Source of the DNA: Chiloscyllium plagiosum
Taxonomy: Eukaryota
Reading direction: 5' to 3'
Assembly: GCF_004010195.1 (NCBI RefSeq)
Contig: NC_057720.1
Coordinates: 23,232,515 to 23,292,060 of the forward strand
Length of the DNA stretch: 59,546 nucleotides
The notes under the pieces are model-generated. The model had not been told where the DNA came from, did not search any database, and saw only the letters and a list, made by a program, of their open reading frames with translations. A program made the translations under genes and the position numbers. Shown in pieces: positions 50,307 through 59,546 of the stretch (positions are counted from its first letter, which is position 1; the number at the start of each line of letters is the position of its first letter).

Positions 50307-50628
50307 GAGTTAAAAATCACACAACACCAGGTTATAGTCCAACAGGTTTAATTGGAAGCACACTAGCTTTCGGAGCGACGCTCCTTCATCAGGTGATTGT
50401 GGAGGGCTCGATCGTAACACAGAATATATAGCAAAAATTTGCAATGTGATGTAACTGAAATTGTACATTGAAGAATTGATTGTCTATTAAGCCTTTCATC
50501 TGTTAGAATACAGTGATAGTTTCACTTCTTTCATGTATAAATCACAAAACCCTTTTTTTTTAAAAGTTACATTCTCGGGTTAGCTGTTAACAATGGTCAT
50601 TCTCGGGTTAGCTGTTAACAATGTTAAC
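50307..50628 (-). mobile_element. PLE pseudo-LTR insertion (family B)
   Basis: gttaaaaatcacacaacaccaggttatagtccaacagg; TSD ttatgaaaata at 50296-50306 and 50629-50639. Confidence 0.85.
50361..50395 (-). ncRNA. Intact minimal type I hammerhead ribozyme motif (family B)
   Basis: Minus strand: CAC-CTGATGA-A-GGAGC-gtc-GCTCC-GAAA-GC-T-A-GTG; all core residues, helix I CAC/GTG, helix II 5 bp, CUA cleavage triplet. Confidence 0.87.
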
Positions 50629-51142
50629 TTATGAAAATAAGTTAGGTGCAAAAGTAGGCCACTTAGTCTGCCAAGTGTGATCCACAATTTAATAAGATCA
50701 AAGCTAATCTTATTGTAACCTCAACTCCACATTTCAACCTGCTTCAATCTCCTTTCATCCCCTTGATTGCCAAGAATCTACCCCTTTCTGCCTTAAAAAT
50801 ATTCAAAATCCTCTGCTTTTGAGGAAGAGTTCCAAAGAATCAAAACTGCATATGTTTTGCCTCATTTCTGTATTAAATGGGTACATTATTGTTAAACTTG
50901 GCTCTTTAGCCCCGAGAGGAAACATCCTTTCCACATCCACCCTGCCAAGACCCCTAAGGGTCTTCAATGTTTCAATCAGCCCATTACTCTTCTAAACTCT
51001 GATAGATACAAGCTAAGCTTGTCCAGCAAATTTCCTAATAACACAACCCACCCATTCCAGACAATAATTGTGGAAACAATCTCTGAATTGCTTCCAAAGC
51101 GCACAATTCCTTCTAGTAAGGAAACCAATTCTTTAAGCAGTA

Positions 51143-51380
51143 GATTAGATTAGATTAGATTAGATTAGATTACTTACAGTGTGGAAACAGGCCCTTCGGC
51201 CCAACAAGTCCACACCGACCCGCCGAAGCGTAACCCACCCATACCCCTACATTTACCCCCTTTACCTAACACTACGGGCAATTTAGCATGGCCAATTCAC
51301 CTGACTTGCACATCTTTGGACTGTGGGAGGAAACCGGAGCACCCGGAGGAAACCCACGCAGACACGGGGAGAACGTGCAA
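51143..51380 (-). mobile_element. 5'-truncated HE1-type SINE with (TCTAA)n tail, inserted in an old CR1 (~50640-51690)
   Basis: (ttaga)n then cagtgtggaaacaggcccttcgg..ggaaaccggagcacccggaggaaaccc. Confidence 0.88.
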
Positions 51381-51706
51381 AATCTACAGTACTGTAGATG
51401 TGGTCTCATTAGTGCCCTGCAGAATTGAAGGATAACCTCCCTGCTTTCATATTCAATTCCCTTTACAATAAGAAATTGAATTCTATTAACTTGCATTGTT
51501 ATTTGCTGTACCTGCATACTAGCAGTTTGCAATTCATATCTGAGGACACCTGGATCCTTTTATAATCCCAGGTCAGCAATTTCTCACCATTTAGATGGGC
51601 AATAAATGTTGGCCCAGCAAGTGTTACCCACAATCGAGTGCTGAATAACCAAAGATAATATGCTTCACTTTTATTCATTCTGCTAAAATGAACAATTTCA
51701 CAATGT

Positions 51707-51892
51707 AGGAGAAAGTGAGGACTGCAGATGCTGGAAATCAGAGCTGAAAATGTGTTGCTGGAAAAGCGCAGCAGGTCAGGCAGCATCCAAGGAGCAGGAG
51801 AATCGACATTTTGGGCATGAGCCCTTCTTCAGGATTCTCCTGCTCCTTGGATGCTGCCTGACCTGCTGCGCTTTTCCAGCAACACATTTTCA
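51707..51892. mobile_element. PLE-derived hairpin insertion (family A) with 14-bp TSD
   Basis: Perfect 60-bp inverted arms 51745-51804 / 51833-51892; TSD caatttcacaatgt at 51693-51706 and 51891-51904. Confidence 0.92.
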
Positions 51893-51934
51893 ATTTCACA
51901 ATGTGCTCTACTTTTTGGGGTTTTTTTTCCTGGA

Positions 51935-52562
51935 ATCCCGACAATGTGGAAGCAGGCCATTTGACCCATCAAGTCCACACTGACCCTCTGAAAAGCATCC
52001 ACCCCCTATCCTATCCTGTTACCCTGCATTTCCCATAGCTACCCGCACAATTGCTTAAGTGCACAAAATTCTAGGGCTCGGATGATACTAAAACAGAAAA
52101 GCAAAATTCAACTACTCTCAAATAAAAACAGAATGTTTAGTTCAACACTGTTATCTTGTGGTTTTGCTTCACATTTCTCAGGTTTAACTTACAAATGAGA
52201 TTTTAAGTTTGTTTGCACGATAAGTTTTTCCACACTACACATTTCCCAAACTTAAAGTAAAGTAATCAGTGGCAATGTTCTACTTGATAGCAAATGTAAT
52301 TCCTTCACTCAAAAAAAGGGTCACAAAAAGCAGGAAACCATTTCCACTTAGCCTGCACATCCCTTTACACCAAGGGCAATTTAGCATAGCCTGTCCACCT
52401 AACCTACACACCTTTGAACAATGAAGAAACCAGAGCACCAGGAGGAAACCCACACAGGCACAAGTAGAATGTGCAAACTCCACGCAGTAGCCTGAGGGTG
52501 GACTTGAACCCTGTTCCTTGATGCTGTGAGGCAGCAGTGCTAACAACTGAGCCACTGTGCCA
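51935..52562 (-). mobile_element. HE1-type SINE interrupted by a 302-bp inverted insertion
   Basis: accctgcatttcccatagct | insert | tccacttagcctgcacatcc; tRNA head at ~52500-52562. Confidence 0.85.
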
Positions 52563-53451
52563 TCGAATAGGAACAAGCAAGGAGTTTTGTCAGACCTTTG
52601 TCTACCTGCCTCCTTAATAGGATCCTCTTCACAGCTTTTATCCCATCTTTTTTGTTGTCAGCAACCTTAGCAACCATATCTTAGTCCTTTCATCCAAGTC
52701 ATTTATGTAAATTGTAAGAAGTTGAGGTCCAGCACTGAACCCTGTGGTACGCCATGCATATCATTTTGCCTTTGAAAAAAGAACATTTATGCTGACACAG
52801 TACCCTGTTACTTTCCCACTCTTCTCTCCACACAAAGATGTTTATCCCTACGCCATGAGCCTTCACTTTCCAGTTACTTTCTGGAATTCTGAGTGCATCC
52901 ACAGTACATGTTACTACTTCAAAGAACTCCAGTAAATTTATTAAATATGATTCCCTTGCACAAAAACGAGTATGGAGATTAGTCTAATCTTAGAGTAGGA
53001 TAAAAGGTCGACACAACATAGTACAGGACCTTCGGCCCTCTATGCTGTACTGTTCTATAAAACAGATTGGCTCTGTCTGATTCCCTTCAATTTTTTTAAT
53101 GTTTTCCCTTTGACAGATTTTAAGCTAACTGGCATGTGGTTTCCGGCTTTTTGCGACCCTTTTTTTTGAGTGAAGGAATTACATTTGCTATCAAGTAGAA
53201 CATTGCCACTGATTACTTTACTTTAAGTTTGGGAAATGTGTAGTGTGGAAAAACTTATCGTGCAAACAAACTTAAAATCTCATTTGTAAGTTAAACCTGA
53301 GAAATGTGAAGCAAAACCACAAGATAACAGTGTTGAACTAAACATTCTGTTTTTATTTGAGAGTAGTTGAATTTTGCTTTTCTGTTTTAGTATCATCCGA
53401 ACCCTAAAATTAGATTATGAATTTTGTGCACTTAAGCAATTGTGCGGGTAG
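52039..53451. repeat. ~300-bp near-perfect inverted repeat (52039-52340 vs 53137-53451)
   Basis: Arms are reverse complements except a 12-nt indel, a 1-nt homopolymer difference and a few substitutions. Confidence 0.97.
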
Positions 53452-53899
53452 AATTATTTTACAACAAAGCATAAAAGAGCATTATTGTAACAGCAACTCA
53501 TTAAATGTAAAATCCAATATGTAATAATGCTTGGAATTGAGGGAGAAGAAAAAGAAAATGCTGCATTCATTTGATTCAATATGCAGCAGACTTTTAATAC
53601 TCTAATCCATTTGGGATCTGTTTTGCAGTTAATTGCAAAGGAGATTATCTTCACTTTTTATGCACAGATAATTATGGAAGGTAGTTCTTCTGCCCTGTTT
53701 GTTTCTTCAGTAGCAATTGCTGATCCCTGTATAAGCTAAGTTGCAATCTTTTTGTTTTCATTTGTGGGAAGTCGGCGTCGCTGGCTGGCTAGCATTTATT
53801 GCCCTTCCCTAGCCGCCCTTGAAAAGGTGATGATGAGCTGCCTCCTTGAATCACTGCAGTCCATGTGCTGTACGTAATCCCACGATATTGCTAAGGACT

Positions 53900-55705
53900 A
53901 TGATGATGTGGCCATAACTGAGATGAGTTTCACAGGGGCAGGAGTGGTTGCTAGATGTTCCAGAGTTTAGAACAGTTAAAAAGAACAGGGAGGGGGGGGA
54001 AAAGAGCATTGCTAATCAGAGAATGCATCACAGCTACAGAAATGAAGGTTGTCAAGGAAGGTTTGTCTATTGAGTCAGTATGGGTGGAAGTTAGGAATAG
54101 CAAGAGAGCAGCCACCTCATTTCGACAGACCCCTTAATAGCAGTAGGGAGATTGAAGAACTCATAGGCTGGCAGATTTTGGAAAAATGTAGATGTAGCAG
54201 GGTTGTTATTATGGGTGACTTCAACTTTCCCAATATTGACTGGAACTTCCTTAGTGCAGATGGTTTGGACGGAGTCCTTTTTGTCATGTGTTCAGAAGGG
54301 TTTCCTTACTCACTATGTAGACAGGCCGACGAGGGGAGAGGCCATTTTGGATTTGGTGCTGGGCAATGAGCCAGGACAGGTGTCAGATCTCACGGTGGGA
54401 GAACACTTTGGTGACAGTGACCACAACTGCCTCACATTTCGACAATAGGTGCAGAAGTAGGCCATTCTGCCCTTCGAGCCTGTATCACCATTCAATATGA
54501 TAATAGCCATGGAGAGGGAAAGGAGCAGTTACCATGGGAAGATACTTCCTTTTTGCAAAAGGAAATTATGATGCTATCAGACAGGATTTGGGAAATACAG
54601 ATTGGGAGCAATTGTTCCACAGAGAGGGCACAACAGACATATGGAGACTGTTTAAGAAACAGTTGTTGTGAGTGATGCATGAATTTGTTCCTCTAAGACA
54701 GGCAAGAAGGGGTAAGATTGAAGAGCCTTGGATGACGAGAACAGAGGAGCTTCTTGTAGTTTTTATAAATGACTTGGATGAGGAGGTTGAGGGGTGGGTT
54801 AGTAAGTTTGCCGATGACACAATGGTTGGAGGTGCCATTGATTAGTATTGAGGGCTATTGCAGGCTGCAACGTGATATGGACAGGATGCAGAGCTGGGCT
54901 AAGAAATGGCAGATGGAGTTCAACCTGGATAAATGCAAAGTGATGAATTTTGGAAGGTCGTACTTGAATGCTGAATATAGGATGAAAGACAGGATTCTTG
55001 GTAGTGTGGAGGAACAATGGGATCTTGGTGTTCAAGTACATAGATTCCTCAAAGTTGCTACCCAAGTGGATAGGATTTTTAAGAAAGCATATGGTGTTTT
55101 GGCTTTCATTAACAGGGGGATTGAGTTTAAGAGCTGCGAGGTTTTGCTGCAGCTGTACAAAACCCTAGTGAGACCAAAATTGAAATGTTGTGTCCAGTTC
55201 TGGTCACCTTATAGGAAAGATGCGGAGGCTTTGGAGAGGGTGCAAAGGAGGTTTACCAGGATGCTGCCTGGATTGGAGGGCTTGCCTTACGAAGAGTGGT
55301 TGACTAAGCTCAGACTTTTGTCTTTGCAGTGAAGGAGGAACAGAAGTGACCTGATTGAGGTAAACATGATAATGAGAGGCATGGATGGGGTCAGTAGCCA
55401 GAGACTCTTCCCTAGGGCAGGATTGACTTGCACGAGAGGTCATTGTTTTAAGGTGTTAAGAGGAAGGTATCAAGGAAATGTCAGAGGTAGGTTCTTTACA
55501 CAGAGAGTTATGAATGCATGGAATGCGTTGCCAGCATTGGTGGTGGAAGCAGAGTCATTGGGGACATTTAAGCAACTGCTGGACATGCACATTGACAGCA
55601 GTGAATTGAGAGGTGCGTAGGTTAGGTTATTTATTTTGGATTATGATTGGCCCATGATGTTGTGCCGAGGATTAAAGGGCCTGTTGTGTGCTGTACTTTA
55701 TGTTC
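53900..55705 (+). mobile_element. CR1 LINE ORF2 remnant (endonuclease part joined by a deletion to RT C-terminus and 3' UTR)
   Basis: VIMGDFNFPNIDW, PTRGEAILDLVLGNE..GDSDHN; LQRDMDRMQSWAKKWQMEFN..CVQFWSP. Confidence 0.93.
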
Positions 55706-57030
55706 AATGAAGGAACTCCAGGATTTTGACCCTGTAACATTAAAAAGGAATGGTGATATATTTCAACTGTTTTGGTGGGTCAGTGTTTTGGAGGGGAATT
55801 TGCAGGTGGTGGTGTTCCTATGTATCTGCTGCAGTTGACCTTCAAGGTAATGGTTATAGGTTTGGAAGGTGCTGTCTGAGGATCTTTGGTGAATTTCTGC
55901 AGTGCATCTTGTTAATAGAACTCACTGTTGCTACTGAGCCCCAGTGGTGAAGGGAGTGGATGCTCATTGATGTGCTGCCAGTCAAGCAGGCTGCTTTTTC
56001 CTGGACGTTGTCAAGCTGCTTGAGTGTTACTGGAGCTGTATTCATCCAGGAGTGTTCCATCATACTCCTAACGTTTGCCTAGTAGATGGTAGACTGGCTT
56101 TGTGGAATGAGGTGTTGAGTTGCTTTTTGCAGTATTCCTTGCATCCAGTCTGCTCTTCTTTCCACTATTTATATGGTGAGTCCAAATGAGTTCTTTGTCA
56201 ATGGTAAACCCCAGGATGCTATTAGTGGCAAATTCAGTGTTGGTAATGCCATTGATTGTCAAGAATCATTGGTCAGATTGTCTTTTATTGGAGATGGTTC
56301 TTGCATGGTATTTATTATGTGGTGTGAATGTTATTTGCCATTTGTCAGTTTAAGTTTGGATATCATCCAGGTCTTGTTGCATTCGAACATGGACTGCTCC
56401 AGTACTTGAGTTGCAAATGGTGCTGAACATTGTGTGATCATCATCAAACTTCCCTACTTTTGAGCTTACGGTGGAAGGAAGATGTTTGGGCCTGGGACAT
56501 TACCCTGAGGAACTCCTGCAGAGGTGTACTGAAGCTGAGATGACGGGCCTTCTACAACCACAACCACAGCCATCTTCCTGTGTGCCAGTTATGATTCCAC
56601 CCAGTGGAGATTGGTTGGAATCTCTCTGATTCCAGTTTTGTAGTCCTGTGTACTACACTCAGTCGAATATAACCTTGATGCCAAGAGCTGTCACTCTCCC
56701 CTCACCTGGAATTCAACTTTTTTTTTTATCCGTGTTTGAATCAAGGCTGTAATGTGGTCAGGAACTGAGCAGCCCTGGCAGAAATTAAACTGGGCATCAC
56801 TGAGCAGGTTGCTGCTAAGCAGGCACTGCTTGATCGCACTGATGACACCTTCCATCACTCTACTGGTGATTGAGAATAGACTGATGATGTAATTGGTCAG
56901 GTTGGATCTGTCCTGCTTTTTTGAGTATAGTGCCTCTTTGACATTGTCTGGTAGATGCCAATGTTGTAGTTGTACTGGAACAGTTTGGCTAGTTGTGTGG
57001 CAAGTTTGTGGAACTCAAGTCTTCAGCACT
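55705..57030 (-). mobile_element. L2/CR1-clade LINE 3' fragment
   Basis: Minus strand ILGFTIDKELIWTHHIN and LKQLDNVQEKAACL; reverse complement of the 29705-31155 family. Confidence 0.75.
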
Positions 57031-58394
57031 AACAATCAATTGATAATGCATTAGGATTCTTAATCAAATAAAATGTTGAACTCTTGTGAGTGACTATGGA
57101 ACTACTTGCCAAACATTCCCCCTTGTGACCCAATTTTAATGTTTGAAAATTGGTGTGATTTCAAATTGAGAGCAGATGCTGAGGGATTTTTGAACAACAA
57201 CCAATGGTTATGTCCACAGCCATTTTGAAGCCTGAAGTACTACGAATTGAGCTACGAATTTTACCTATTCACTTAATGTCGCTTCAGCACTAATCCCAGG
57301 ACTGTTCCACTTGAGAGTTTCCACTCAGTCCCCCATTGCAGACTCAGTGCTCAATCGTGTTTTGACCAAAACCTGGGTGAAGTTCACCAATTCATTATGG
57401 TTCTTGCGGAAACACTGCAAATTGTTCACCTAGGTGAGGAGGAATGGACTGGGCCCCTTTCTTCTTCACATCCCCTACCTCAGCTGCTTGTAAAAACATT
57501 TATTTAAAGGATCCCTTCCCTTTTTGGATATTTTTCTCCCAGATGTAAATTGAACGTGTGCTTTCCAAGGAGCAATTTAACCAAGCTTTCTTAAATTAAC
57601 ATAACGAGTTCGTTACTTATTTAATGTGCAAAGAGTTAGTAACACATCACACATGCACATAGATTAGAAATAAAAGATGTATACAAAAAGTGAAGATTTA
57701 AGAAGAAACATATATTGGTCAGTTTCCAAATTGTTCACAAAGAGCAGGCGATTGAGCGGTTGAGACCATTGCAGTGGAGGTTATTGATAGCATTGATATA
57801 AATAGTTGAAACAGTTTTGAGAGATTCTTGATTTTATAGGTTGATCTTTGTGTCTTTGTCCTGATTCGCTTTGTTAACTGATTTGCAGAACTCTAGTCAG
57901 AGGGACTGTTTACCTGAAAGCATTGTTTAAATGTTCTTGTATCTAATTTCAGGAATCCATTTGTTTAGTGCTTGAAAGTTAGTGTATGCTGGGGCTTTCA
58001 CTGCTTGTTATATTGAATTGTTATAATATTTAAATGCAGTGCAGAACTGGATGAGCAGTTCTGTCCACCTCTAACAGTTACTGTGATTGCTGCAAATGTG
58101 GCATCCTGCCTCCATCAGTATATCCCACTCCCTGTGCTCATGGTTTTAAATGGAATTTAAGTAACTTAGACTTAATATGACAGCTGTTCTCCTATTCAAT
58201 TCGTCCTAAGTCTTGGGCGACTTCTCCAAATAGTGTTGGAATGCTAACAAGCATTCAAATCAAAAGAAATCATTAATACCATAATGTCTATATTTTCAGC
58301 AAGTATTATGTATAAATACAACATTGCCTCGATTTTTTTTTTTGTGTTTTCTTTTGGTTATATCTGAATGCAACTTTTTAAATGAAAATGGAAT

Positions 58395-58730
58395 ACTTGG
58401 ATTTCTGTAGTGTCTTTCATGACCTGAGGATGTCCCAAAGTGCTTTATACCTAACCCTGTATTTATAAAGTGTAGTTACTTTGAAATGTAGGAACTATAA
58501 CAGTCAGCTTGTACTCAGCAAGGTTTCAATGATGGCATGAAGAGAAGTGACCAGGTAATCTGATTTGTTCGCTGGGTGAGGGATAATGATTGGCCAGGAT
58601 AGCTGTGTTACTCTTCAAAAGGCACAGGGTCTTTTAGTCCATCTGAGAAAAAAAATAGACGTTAATATAACACTAGATTGGTTGGCAATTCCATGCTCCT
58701 GTCCTTAAAGTGGGCCTTTAACCCACAGTG
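58395..58730 (-). mobile_element. Old Deu-domain SINE
   Basis: ctttcatgacctgaggatgtcccaaagtgcttt..gtagttact..gaccaggtaatctg..tgagggataa..ggccagga is the reverse complement of the family at 43355/45404. Confidence 0.55.
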
Positions 58731-59055
58731 TTTGGATTTTATCATGATTGATATGTGACTATCTTTCCATAACTGTTCCAATTTTACTTTGTGGCTAAAG
58801 TGTTTGCTGTGCTATGCTGTATAGGAATTTATGAAAGAGCTGTAAAATTTGTCTGTTTCTTTGGTTAGTGTGCAGCCAGTTAGCTGTAGCAGGTTGAAGG
58901 GATATGCTCTGCTGTGCAGATTTTGCACGTCTGCTTTATGGAAGAAATTATGGGAAGTGTTGCCTTAGGTTTTCTCAATCTCATTTGAGGCTGAATAGAC
59001 TGGGCTATTTTCCCTGGAGCACCAGAGGGTGACCTTAGAAGTTTATAAAATCATG

Positions 59056-59490
59056 TTTGAGTGAAATAGGAGTTGATGGGAAGGGTGAGGGCAGTAACAA
59101 ATTAAAAATACAATACATGAATGCACGAAGCATTAAAAATAAGATCGATGAGCTTGAGGCTCTTTTGGAAATTGGCAGATACAATATTGTGGGGATAACT
59201 GAGACGTGGCTTCAAGTGGACAGGGCCTGGGAAATGAATATTCAAGGCTACACGTGCTATCGTAAGGACAGACTGATGGGCAGAGGGGCTGGGGTGGCCA
59301 AGTTGGTAAGGGATGATATTCACTCCCTTGCACAGGGGGACCTAGAATCAGGGGATGTAGAGTCAGTGTGGATAGAGCTGAGAAATACTAAGGGTAAAAA
59401 GACCCTCTGAGGAGTTATCTACAGGCCCCCAAACAGTAGTCTGGAAGTCGGATGTAAGTTAAATCAGGAGCTGAATTGGCCTGTCGCAAA
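59056..59490 (+). mobile_element. CR1 ORF2 N-terminal AP-endonuclease fragment
   Basis: YMNARSIKNK..IVGITETWL..GYTCYRKDR..GAGVA..ESVWIEL, premature stop, then YRPP. Confidence 0.92.
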
Positions 59491-59546
59491 GAACTCAAGA
59501 AAGAGACTTTGTGGAGTGCCTCAGAGATGGATTCTTAGAACAGCTG

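Noticed and set aside
51143..51171. (TTAGA)n as telomere-like or CRISPR-like repeat
   Set aside because: It is the simple-repeat 3' tail of a minus-strand SINE. There are no spacers and the context is eukaryotic.
57423..58423. Solo LTR
   Set aside because: The left end looks LTR-like, but the apparent right end is a Deu-SINE tail and no TSD was found; too uncertain to call.
49701..59546. Terminal SNX7 exon (CLATWESF-like)
   Set aside because: Candidate AG|TGY sites at ~57968, ~58410 and ~58868 give early stops or unrelated peptides; the exon probably lies beyond the window.

Overview
Eukaryotic, AT-rich, repeat-dense genomic DNA, most likely from a shark (inferred from HE1-type SINEs, shark-type CR1 LINEs and Deu-domain SINEs). 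The window lies inside a single plus-strand gene, sorting nexin 7 (SNX7, PX-BAR). Seven coding exons equivalent to human exons 2-8 were rebuilt from splice sites and translation. An extra in-frame 105-bp exon (39026-39130) encodes an SNX4-like BAR-tip segment missing from canonical human SNX7 as I recall it. The first and last exons are outside the window. The introns hold CR1 and L2/CR1-clade LINE fragments, tRNA-derived SINEs, a Tigger/pogo-like MITE, probable solo LTRs and two Penelope-like element (PLE) remnants with GIY-YIG sequence. The most striking signal is about a dozen short PLE-derived insertions from at least four families, most carrying a minimal type I hammerhead ribozyme motif. 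Two motifs are fully intact and show compensatory base changes. Many insertions are hairpins with ~14-bp target-site duplications, and their 5'/inversion junctions cluster inside the ribozyme. There is also a ~300-bp near-perfect inverted templated insertion and two 81-82-bp exact duplications. Repeat family names come from sequence recall, not from database searches.
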